Source: Pocillopora damicornis (Eukaryota). From it: a stretch of 64,000 nucleotides of DNA. The DNA lies in the NCBI RefSeq assembly GCF_003704095.1, contig NW_020845389.1:1-64000 (forward strand), read 5' to 3'. The translations under genes and the position numbers were made by a program. The notes below the pieces were generated by a model. That model had not been told where the DNA came from. It ran no database searches and saw nothing but the letters and a program-made list of their open reading frames with translations. Of this stretch, positions 22,454 through 33,867 are shown one piece after another. Each line of letters opens with the position of its first letter. Position 1 is the first letter of the stretch.

Positions 22454-25355
22454 TTACACTTCCGCATCTGGTCGGGCTTTTTGAAGCTTTGAGTAATCTG
22501 TATGACTGTAAAGCTGTTGGAAAAATTAAAATGTTTGTTTCAGCTGCAGAATTGAAAAAAAAATTTTTAATTGATGATATGGTTCTGTAAACTTTTGTGA
22601 TTCCCCATTTAGGGCATTTACTAAGAATTGAGAAACACTTTGTCGAGATGGGAAATTGTAAAACTACTGTAAATGCTCACCTTGAGTTGTTCATCATGCT
22701 TGACATTGAGCCAAGGATGAGGGTTATTCTTCTTGTCCCAGCTGTAAAGAAAAGACACCGAGCTAGTTCAGAGAGAAGATCAGAAAGGCAAGGTAATACA
22801 CACATATTCAAACATGCATTTCTTTTTCGGTGTGACTGCAAAACGCAGCGGCGAGAACGCCGACAAATTAGACGCTGCTGGTTACGGAGAAAAACACCCA
22901 ATCGCAGGTTATCCTGCAAGAATAACTTAAAACACATTTGGTTACCCGAGTTGCGCATTCAGGTCTGAGGTGTTTGTTACATAAAGTGAGGTAATTTTGC
23001 TTACAAATTGCATCAATATAAACCGTCCCTTACAAGGCCAATCTTTCCTATACCCGCTCTCATGTCTTACTCCCCTTTTATTTCGACAATAAAATGTCTC
23101 CCTCCTTCCAGCGAATTCACCATTTGCGCCTAGCTCCTGCAAAGTAACGCTCCCGTTTGAAAGCTAAAGATCATTTTGGAACTTATCGTGTAGACTGACA
23201 TGAGAAAAATATCGAAAATTTCCACAGAAGTAGCGTGATGGGCAATTAACAGGTTCTGCACCCCTCACGAGAGAAAACTTGCTCTCTTTTGTTATATAAT
23301 ATTCGAAAGAAATGAAAGAATCTAGGAAAAAAAACTATCTTCCCAATTCCTCAGTAATATTTCATTAGACACTTATTACAGACAAAGCTTTATGTAAATA
23401 TGTGGCGATGTGGCATTTTTTCGATTGACAAAAAATACTCGTTTTTGCTTTTGCAAAATCATAAGGAAGTTTAGTGAAAAAAAATTTTGTTTAGAATCTT
23501 AGGAAGAAAAGAAAAATTACATCATCCGTAAATCACAAGTTGATCAGCGATCAAGAAGTCAAGTGAGAAGGTGTACAATGACTGTCAAAACAAAACGCCG
23601 TGTGACATGCCACAGATGAAAGAGTAATCAATCTGCACTCATGTACGACGAAGTTTGATCTCTGAGATCGATCAGGACAAAAAGAGGGGTAAACTGTAGA
23701 CTTCAAGCGAATTTCGCTTTCAAGATCCCTTTGGACTCTTCAATCTCTTCAGTATTAAAGTCAAGGCAAGTCCGTGACAACTGGAGTGACGATTAAGTCA
23801 TATTGAGTCACAATTAACTGTCATAGAGATAATCTTTGCTTTTGAGTTAGCATGATAATGGAGTCAGTCAAATTAAGAAGCAGACCATTGGAGAAAACAG
23901 AATTGTTCAGTTGATGTTCAGACTTAAATTGATCAATACGGTCGTGAGTTGGACGAAGAAGACATTAAGTACGTGAGCTGAAGGAGGAAAATTATTTATG
24001 ACTAAGAGAATTGTATTTTTTTCTTCCTGTTCAGATATTTGATCAGGAGTCCCAAATTACATGCGTCACCTCATGCAAGGAGACAAAATAAGCATCAAAT
24101 TACATTGCTCTGCGACAATTACAAATTATTGCATTAATTGACGTTAAATATGTTACCCCGTCAGAGAAAAGTGAACCAAGAGCACAACATATTAGAATCA
24201 ACTCGTTTTCGAAAGAGGTTTTAATCCGTAGAACACTTCTGCTTAGATACAAGGTTGCCTTTGAAATGGGTTTTCTCGTACTTTTTTAATGGACCTTTTT
24301 CATTTCATGCCCCAATAATCAATCGACTTTTCTCATTTAATTTTCTAAGTTAAAACATACCTTGCCTCAGGGTTTTTCGTTGCCTGTCTGATCGTAAAAG
24401 CCACAGCTCCAGCACAGCCAGCGCCAATAATCACGAATAGAGGTGTCAGCTGCGAACAGGAAGTTAGGAATAAGGAATAAACTAAACAAATTTTTGCCAC
24501 TTGGCAACAGAGAATCTTTCGTAAGTTAAATTGACACGAATTCCATTTTTTGTTGCTTTTCGGCTATCGACCTAGTACGTCTTACGTAAAGTATAATCTT
24601 ACATCAGAACTGCTATGTTCTACATAGCAGTTCTGATGTAAATCGCAGGTCCTGACCCCTTTCCGTGCAACGAAGCTTTACTGAATTTCTGCTCATCAGA
24701 ATTGTTTACAGCAAAAGAATTGGTGAATGGTTTGCTGTGTCGTAAAACTGTCATTTATTGCTTTTTGCGTTTTCACATAATTTAGCAGTGTTGTTTTAAA
24801 ATTCAAATGAAATGTCAAAGCCCAGCCGTCTGGCTAGCTTTAAGAAGATAATCTACATAAAGTTGTTCCTTTAATTATCTTTAGCAAGGTTTTCAACGTT
24901 TAAAAAATATTTTCCTCTTTAAATCAGTAACTTTCTTAATAACATTGGAATATGATGAGACTGCGGAAAAACTCAGATCTGTTTGATGTAAAGCTTTGCG
25001 AATGAAACGTTTTGCGCGACATTCATTTTGTCAGTGGAATGAAATTTTCGTATTAATGAATTCACACCCGTAGTGCAAACTACGAAATTTTCAGTGGCAA
25101 CGAAAAAATCTGCTGCTGTTGTGGCTGTTTCTTCCACCAGTTTCACAAAAAAATGCAAGACCAATTCCTTTAGCGTCGAGAAGATCCCTGAGCCCATCTT
25201 TTTCTCTTATCGATAAGCCCATTTGAAAGACCTCTTGTACGTGTAGAATTGCACGGAACGACATTTCCTGATAATCGCAAATGTGTATGGTTTGAAAATT
25301 GATAAAAACTGGCCAGTCTTACCTCTGGTGATTTTCTGAGCAAAGCAAGGACCAT
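22454..25355 (-). CDS. NDUFA4/COXFA4 family paralogue B (80 aa)
   Basis: Exons 25355-25323, 24449-24361, 22741-22681, 22513-22454 (33/89/61/60 nt, same phases as paralogue A). Protein: MVLALLRKSPELTPLFVIIGAGCAGAVAFTIRQATKNPEASWDKKNNPHPWLNVKHDEQLKLYSHTDYSKLQKARPDAEV*. Confidence 0.92.
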
Positions 25356-25470
25356 TTTAGATCTTCAAAGGGAACAATTAAAACGCTTTTGCAAGCTTAG
25401 TGAGGCGATAATTTGCAGGGAACGCTGCCAAAGTGGTCCGAAACACTTCACCTGTATTCTGAACTGAAAG

Positions 25471-25521
25471 GGGTTATAAATAACCAAAATAAACTGAAAA
25501 TGACATGTGTGACGTCACGCG
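25471..25521 (-). promoter_or_regulatory. TATA-like box and CRE upstream of NDUFA4 paralogue B
   Basis: The - strand reads GGTTATTTATAACCC at 25485-25471; TGACGTCA at 25509-25516, abutting CACGCG. Confidence 0.5.
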
Positions 25522-26450
25522 TCCTACCCGGAATTATACTCATTCTACGCAGCTGGGTAGTTTGCGTGAATATCAGCCATATTTGCCTCTGGAAACAAAG
25601 GAAATGATTCACCGCTCACATAATGGATTTCAAAAACCAATATCGACATTTTGTATTTTTCAGTTTCACCACCAGAGCCATGCTAAACATCACGTAAAGA
25701 AAAAAACATCCAACATCCTTTCATTAGAATTACAAAGGTGTGATCCGAGTAAATAGAAGCTATGTTTGGATATCCAATGAGATGTCGGGCATCGAAAAAA
25801 AAAACATTGGCGTGAACCTAACATCGTTGTAATTCTAACCGAGTGTTAAGTCTTTTTTTTTCTTCTAATTTTTCATCAAGCTCAAGGCGTGCTTATTCGA
25901 TGGGGCAAATGTATATATTTTTTTTGATGACCAGATGATATTTGTAGATCGCCATAGGTTCGTTTAGACCTACCGAAAAGTTTCGTCCAATAACTTCCTT
26001 TCCTATACTATATATCGATATCCCTAGTGAATTCCAAGGTCTCGAGGAATTACGATTAGTGACCTCTCAATTCTCGTTCTGGTTCGCGTTAATTCCTCTT
26101 TGTACATTCTTGGACAATGCGTCTGGAAAGGGTGTCGTGTACTCGCATGAACTTTAACGAGCCCCTTCTTTCATGCAGGTTAACTGAATCGAATGAAAAA
26201 TATGCTTCTCAGTTGTTTTGATCTGTCATTCAAATCTAAATACTTCGCAGTAAAAGAATTGAAAATTACACAAGATAGAATGCAAATAATTATTTAATAA
26301 AACTTTAGTCGCCTTAGGTCTGATATATTTACATACGCGTACACGCCCAATACTGGACACATCATTCATTTAAGTTTTTAACGATCTCGAAATAGTGTTT
26401 CCAGTAGGAATCGACAGGATACAGTTTTTTTTTCTCTGAAAGTGACCGTA

Positions 26451-26667
26451 CATGAGGGTCTCAATGGAGTGACGGCTTTTACGGCCAACAATTAAAATTT
26501 TGGCCAATTCACGGCTAACGGTTAGTATCTTTCCATTGTTGTCACTCAAAATTCTTTTTTCACGGTGAACTTTCTTCTCTAGACTAATGGTTGAAGTTTG
26601 TCAATATTTACACCTTACGGCTAAATTTTTTAGCCGTTTTACAGCTGACCCAATCGAGACCCTCGTG
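26451..26667. mobile_element. Small foldback/MITE with terminal inverted repeats
   Basis: catgagggtctc... and ...gagaccctcgtg ends, with internal repeated acggc(t/c)a units. Confidence 0.6.
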
Positions 26668-26856
26668 CATCTTCATGCTGCATTCGCATATTTTTGGACG
26701 TTCCTACCATTAAATAACATTTATGGTCCTGATATAAATTATCATCATGATTTAAATATATAATACATTTGGACGGTTGAATTTTTCTTGCAACATTAAA
26801 CTTATAGTAGTTTTCCGCGGACCTTTGTATTGTTTTCTCCATCACAATCCACGTTC

Positions 26857-28360
26857 TCAGCGTTTTCCATCAGCGGCTGAGGGATGTGAAGGTTTGTAAA
26901 GCTGTCGGTTGAATAGTGAAAAAAATACACGAATTAATAAATATATTGAAATATAGCGAGAGAAAATAATGGACTTTCTCTTGACTGTAAGTATAAGACC
27001 AGCGCTGTAAAGCAAAAGAACGCGACTCCATTTTCTCCCGATGAAAATCATCAAGGACAATTTTAATTTCTTAATTTGGCTCTCTGATATCACTCACCAA
27101 GGATTTGATGTTTCATCTTTATCATGACATTAATTTAAAGCAAGTAAATTTTATGATAATACTTTTTCCCGACGTTTCCACTGAAATAAAAATAGACTGC
27201 AAGAATTCTGCTTGTTCACCTTCACTTGTTCATCTGGTTTGATATTAAGCCATGGATGGGGGTTGTTTTTCTTGTCCCAGCTGTCAAAAAGAAAAAAAAC
27301 AGTTATGATTGAAAAATAAAGCTGTAGCAATCCATACATCACGTCAAGCGTCAGACGAAACCTTGGGAAGTGCTCTATTGATCAGTTTCGGATAAAAAAA
27401 ATGAGAGTCGCATACCATGCCTCAGGGTTTTTCGTGGCTTGTCTTATCAGAAAAGCCGTAGCTCCAGTAGTCGCAGTTCCCATAATCACCAAGAGAGGGA
27501 TTACCTGAAAAGAAAATGACGAAAATGAAATGATAAATGAAACCATCAATCCACAGAGCTACATAAAATACATATAAAACACGACATAATTCCGTGTCTG
27601 CAAAAAGTAGCCAAAGTGCTATCGGAGACTACACAGGAATATTGCTATGACAGCTACGTAAAGACCCAATTTTTTGTAGAAGTTATTTTTTCAGTTGATG
27701 CCAATATTAACAAGGAAGTTGGGATCCTCTCTGTAAAATGTCTCAGTTTCCAGGAATCTGATACAAGAAACGTGCGGAATGTCACGTCAATTTCGCAATC
27801 TTCTCTCATCTGAAATAATCAGACATGCCATTGGATGTTTTTAAAAGTGTTTAAAATTAGACTGCTTGCTTATTCAAAACTCTTGGCTTTACCACCCGCT
27901 TTGAAATGGAAACCGGCCTAAATCCGAGGCCGTTTCTCGGGGAGGAATGGATCGTTCGCCTATGTTCTCAATTTTATGTTTGGAAAGTCTTACTGATATG
28001 TTTCTCGTAAACTGACAATATTCATTATTTCAGGTTTCGTCGAAGATTTCATTTTCCCTCAGTTCTTTTTCCTGTGACAAATTATATCTTTGCGAAAAAG
28101 CAGTTTTTCACATCGATTTCCTGTTTTCGTCAATTTTTAGTTTTTTTTTTTATGAAATGGAAACAAAATTGAAATAAATAATGAAAAACATTCTACCCCA
28201 GAAACTTCGCAAAAACTTTCCTTAAACGATATTTATCGCTAAAATGCTTTCAAAGTGATAGGCTCGTGCAAAATTGCACGTTCAGGGAGGAGCAACTCCC
28301 GGCTACATAATCAATACCTGCACTCACCTCTGGGGCTTTTCTTATCGCAGAGAGAACCAT
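26857..28360 (-). CDS. NDUFA4/COXFA4 family paralogue C (75 aa, divergent C-terminus)
   Basis: Exons 28360-28328, 27504-27416, 27280-27220, 26901-26857. Protein: MVLSAIRKAPEVIPLLVIMGTATTGATAFLIRQATKNPEACWDKKNNPHPWLNIKPDEQVKLYKPSHPSAADGKR*. Confidence 0.9.
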
Positions 28361-28643
28361 TTTCCTAGCAAATTGGAATGTTTTCGTCGCAAATCTCGGA
28401 GCAACGTTGACTGGTAAGAATTTATCACAAGGGTTATTTAAAACAGCCGTAACACTTCGCTTCTGTTAGAACTGATCGTTCAAATCTCCGGTGACGGATA
28501 TTTATCTTAATAATGTAGCTAAATTTATCCCATATGGGACGTCATCTGTGACTTTCCGTTTCAGCCTTGACGTGCAGGAGACGCCTGGGACGAGCCAAAT
28601 GGCACGTTCAGAGTTGTAAAGGCCTGGTGGCGGAGCAACCAAC

Positions 28644-31600
28644 ATGGCGGCTACAAGGATTCTCGCCTGTTCCAGAGTTAAGGTTTGTTGATCGTAAGTT
28701 TGATCAGCTTTCTCGAATCGTGGTATTAGTCGCTTAGTTCTATAAAATATAAAAGCGTGATTATTTTTCAGTGAAGCGGGCCCACTTGGAAAAATAACCA
28801 TGATTGTGCTCCTTTTTGAAGAATAATCTAACAATCTAACTCAGTTTTCCTATTAATATTTTTCAAGTAACTGATTTTCTTTGTTGTCAATATTGAGGAT
28901 TTGGATGATGTAATTTCCCCGCCACATTTTTGGTCTATACTGACAGTTCAGAGGTCACATCGCCCCATTGCCTCGTCACTATCGCCCCCGAGTCACGTCA
29001 ACCCCAATTTGTTTGAGCTCGCCCCACGTCACGTATCTCCCTAACAAAAACATCGCAAGGAACAGTGGGAATCCAGAAGTTTCAATGAGGAGTCAGCAAA
29101 ATTATACATTAAAGGGCCACTTATTTATATCTTTTTTAATTATTAGATCGAGTTGATATTGTGTTATTCTTTATTCTGCGAAGACTGCTGGCAAAGTGGA
29201 TATTGGCGGCTCTGTATTCTATAGTTACAACTCAAGTTTCTCTTACCACACCATCCCTGGCTTCTACTCTCAATTAGTAATTTTTTTTTACTGATGGAAA
29301 TAACTTATATTATCTGAACAAATTTTGTATTAATGAGGATAAATGAAGTTAAGCTTTTTATTATTTATGGCAAGAAAAGTTGGCCCGTTTCTTTTGCCTA
29401 AAAGCTTTCCTAATGGATTGTAATGGTTCTTTTCACAGTCATGCAGTCTTGCACCAATCTTCAAAGTACATGAATCAATGTTAACCTCAGCTCTGGTCAT
29501 ACAAGCAAGAACAAAGGTCAGCAAAAAATCACCATTTCATGATGGAAAGGGCCATAAGGAAAAGATGCAGGAAGCAAACAGCAGCAGACAGAAATATATT
29601 GACAAAATGACTGTCAATAGACCTTTGAATAGACCCTATCTTATTGAAAGCCCAGGTGACATAATTATAGTTATTTTGATTATGACTACCATTTTTACGT
29701 TATTTAACCTTGTGGCCCTCTGTCAAACCTTTTAACTTGCAAGATCTCATGAGTAGTTCTCCTTACTGTCTGCCATACAGTTCTTTTAATGTTAGCTTCG
29801 AGAATTTGGTATTGGATCAATCAATAATCCCCCAATTACTATTTTTCTTTATTCTCATTACTTGTCTGGTTGATATAGTACTGACAATGCAAGGAGAAAT
29901 TTTGTCTTGGTCACTCATGGGAGTTAAAGTGTTAAATGAATGAAAAGTTTAAAGCTCCAAAATTGTTAAGTGTGCTTCAGTAGAAATAAGGAAAAAAATG
30001 AAGTTAAAAATTACTGAACTACCTTTTATTTATTTGCAGGAGTGATATTCAGTGACTACCTTCCAATAAGAAGATATTACTTTTTCACACCACGGGTAAG
30101 AAGAACATAAAGGAAAAGTCATAGTTTTATGTTATTATTAACACTTTATAGTGTTCAGCCAACACAATCAGTGATATGCCCTCAGAGACAGTCTGGACTT
30201 GTGATTCTAAATGTCTGGGTATGAGCCAAGGACAATTCAAAGTGTTGAGTTCTTGGGCGTGGTTATTTCCTCTCATGTTGCCTCCATCCCCCACATTGCA
30301 TTCATGCAATGTGGGGGATGGATCCCAAAATGATCCTGACCACTGAAGTCATCCCCAATCCTGGGACAACACCCAAACAGACCTTGAAATGATCCAAATT
30401 TTTTTTTAGGGTTTTGAACCCAAAAAGATCCCAATGAATTAAAAAATATATTATAATTATAGTAATCAATGGGATAATGGATTGCTCTGTTGTAAAGGAA
30501 ACTATTAAGTCATCATATTTTGGTCCTTGTAAAAAACTTATTTGTGGCTTTAGTGGGAAAAGTGGGGATCATTTTGCAGGCAGAATTATTCCATGATTGA
30601 TTTGCAAAACATTTTTGTACCATTTGTATAATGAAAGAGGTCTATTAACTGGATTTCTTTTTTTTGCTGAAGGGAATAAAAGAAAGATGGAATGCATTCA
30701 AGAATGGTTTTTGGACCATATACAGGTGATAGATAGTTTGCCAATTATGATATTGCTGATAGGGAGATACATGGCTTAGGCACCGTCATTAACCCTTTAC
30801 ACCCTAACATCAATGTGCATATTCTCTTTACTGTCCTCTGTACATTTCCTAAGGTGCTGATAAGGAGAATTTGTTCAATAATCAAGAGCCTTTTTAATTG
30901 GTGATTATTTCCTTCATCCATGTTACCTAAATGTGTGATTCAGGGGTGATATCATAGAGAGAAATTATATGCTGGTCACTCCTAGGGGGCCAAAGAATAA
31001 ATAGTTATTTGTATGGAAGAGCAAATTATAAGGCATAGCATGTACAAGAAAGCCATGGCGCACTTTGAAAATTGCATAACTATTAGGTTTTAAGAGAACA
31101 AGTTAGTTTTCATAGTTTCTGCGCTGTTGTCAAAAACACTCTATAGTGGGCTTCTTTGAGTAAGCATGGACATGTTTTGTTATGAAATAATAAAATGAGC
31201 ACTTTTTAATGGTAACAAATTTTTCTTTTGATAGTCTTGTCTACATTAGAAGACATATAAAACCCTTCAAATTAACAGACTTTGGCCCAAGCGCTCAGGA
31301 AATCTACATTGCAGCAAATGAAGCACTTGCTAGGTGAGTGTTCAGCAAAGGAAATGCAAAATCTGTCTTAAATTTCACATTCAAACTAATAATTGTAAGG
31401 TTTAGACTAGTATTCAGGGGTAATAAGGGGATTATTAGTTACTCTAAAACTAAATTATTTGCACTAACATTATAAGAATTGTATGGCATATAGTAAGGAA
31501 ATATTTTCAACTACTAGACAAGTTCAGTAGTGTTCTCAGCTACAAGGATCTCTCCATTTCATTTCTTCACTGCAATGCAAATATATGAATTTCATATATC

Positions 31601-33402
31601 TAAAATCATCATTCATCACTTGGATGGGTTATTTGGACCAAACACATTGACCAGCTCCCAGTTGGCTTATTAGCTCAGTTGGTAGAGTGCTGTACTGGTA
31701 TCACAAAGGTCAAGGGTTCAAATCCCGTATGGGCCTGAATTTTTTTTAGGTCCTATTTTCAACTACCAGTTCAGTAGTGTTCTTAGCTGGGATCTCTTAA
31801 TTTCATTTCTTCACTGCAGTGCAGATATATGAATTTCATATATCTAAAATCATTACTCAAAAGGTCTTAGGCGTGAGAGGGTTAACCTACAACAAGTGCA
31901 AAAGTTGCCTCCCCTTATTACTGCTTCAATCCACTGAGTACGTTTCTGTTTCTTGTATATCTTCTGGCAGAAAAAGCAAAAAAGATCTTCAGGAGGTGGT
32001 GACCAACTCAGTATACCGGGTAAGGATGTTATAAAAAACCAACTATTTTAAAGGTGGATGAAAAAATAAGGGAAATATTTGGTAGACTCTGAGGAGAAAT
32101 TTCATTGAAATCTTAAGCGCAAACAGGTGAAAAGCAGGGAGCAATATTGCACAGATAGCTCATACATAGGCATCCATATAATCCATACTGTTCTCCATAC
32201 ATTTCCTATGATGCTGACATGGAGAATTTGCTCACCTATAAAGAGCTACTCCTACTAGTTAGTGATCATTTTCCCTTATTCTCATTACCTTAATGTTTGA
32301 TTTAGCAGTGATACTGTAGGGAGAAATTAGATACCAATCACTCATAGGGGTCAAAGGGTTAAGTGGAATGTTAACTCTTGGTACACCTATTTTAATTTGT
32401 TGCATAAATTTACAGATTTGCAGCGATCTTGACTTTGTTTCAGGCACTTAGCAATGAGTTCTTTCCTCCAAACAAGAATCTTCACTGGCGTTTCGTTTCA
32501 GCTGTAACAAGGCCTCAGGTTGTACATGTAAGAGTTGGCCAGGTTCAGACCAAAGATAACTTGTTTGCACAAATTACTGTGAAAATTCATTCAAAACAGG
32601 TAAGATATTGCTGTTCAACCTTTTACAACTTAACATCAGTATGCACATTCCTCATACCTTTCTCTATACATTTTCTAAGGTGCTGACAAAGAGAATTTGT
32701 TGAACAATTAAAGGCTTCTTTAGTTTCTGATCATTTCCTTTATTCTCATGACCTTAAAGTGTGCTTCAGGGGTAACATTTTAGGGAGAAATTAGATGGTT
32801 GTCACTCTTAGGGGTTAAAGGGTTACCTTTTCAACCCCCATGAGTAACCAAGGGCTAGGTTCTCCCTGCAATTCCAATATTATCTGGCAAATAAGTTGTG
32901 AGAACAGAAAAGCTTATCTGCAAAGGGGTGTTCTTTGATATAAGAACAAATCCTTCTGTCTTAGTAAAGAGAAAGGAGATACTGAATTACTTAATGAGCC
33001 TTGGGGGTTGAAATGGTTAAAACCCGAAAAAGTGCCTTGGGTTGTGATAGACTGTCATCTTACCCAGGAGGGGATGTAGACACACTCCTGGTCACTCCCC
33101 ATTGCAGAAATGCTCTTACAAGGAATTATGAGTGATGATAGATCGTTATCCTGGCTACATAATGGCAACCAGTGAAATTTTGCCTTTTTTTTCTCCTTTA
33201 GGTCATGGCAGTAAAAGATAGGTATGGAAGGCACATATCTGGGAGTGACAAGCTTCCTAAACAAGTCATAGACTATGTTGTGTTTGAACGTCCCTTGACT
33301 AGTACCAAGTATGGAACATGGAAAGTATGTGGAAAGCTGCACGCCTTCCCAGCTGAGGTAGATACAGGAAAGCACCTCGTCAAGAATGTTCCTGCAGTTT
33401 AG
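28644..33402 (+). CDS. MRPL45: Mitochondrial ribosomal protein L45 (Tim44-like domain)
   Basis: Exons 28644-28682, 29439-29655, 30040-30095, 30673-30725, 31235-31333, 31971-32019, 32444-32599, 33202-33402. Presequence-like N-terminus. Motifs AQEIYIAANEALA, LHWRFVSAVTRPQVVHVR, FAQITVKIHSKQVMAVKDRYGR and VIDYVVFERPL...GTWKVCGKL. Confidence 0.88.
31500..31855 (+). repeat. tRNA-containing tandem repeat unit (about 1.5 copies) with a degenerate tRNA-Thr(GGT)-like core at 31664-31736
   Basis: ggcttattagctcagttggtagag...ggttcaaatccc (A/B boxes) with a broken anticodon stem, flanked by a ~105-bp direct repeat (tattttcaactac...catatatctaaaatcat) at ~31502 and ~31754. Confidence 0.7.
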
Positions 33403-33867
33403 AGGGGAACCTTAATTTTGATTGTGTAATTTTTATGAATGGATAGAGTTCAAGTTTTCTTACATACAGTGTACAGGTGCATAGGAATTGTACTATTCTT
33501 CAATTATCTGTTGAATACAAAAGAGTCTGTTTCAGATAATATCATAACCCCACGAAGGGGAATTCAATGATGTTATGTTTGATCTGAAAATTTGTGTTGG
33601 ATGAAATAAATATCTAATTTACAAACTGGCTTAATTTTTTGTTACAATATTGTGACATTCCAGAGATATTTCTCAAAAGTCTTGACAGTTTTCTGATCAA
33701 AATATATCTTCTCACCATGATCTCAGAAACAAGGCCATTATTAAAATGAAACATGGACCATGATAGAACTTTTGCAAGAGTATAATATTTATTTCAATTT
33801 AATACACACTACAATGCATTTATCATTTAACTCAGTTTGAGTAGTTTACACATTAGCACTCAAAGCT

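Noticed and set aside
23620-23990. Coding-looking stretch in intron 2 of NDUFA4-B
   Set aside because: Stops in the frames examined and no recognisable protein; one AP-1 motif (TGAGTCA at 23804) is not enough.
31664-31736. Functional tRNA-Thr(GGT)
   Set aside because: The anticodon stem is broken, the acceptor stem is weak and G34 Thr is atypical in eukaryotes; it lies within a repeat unit.
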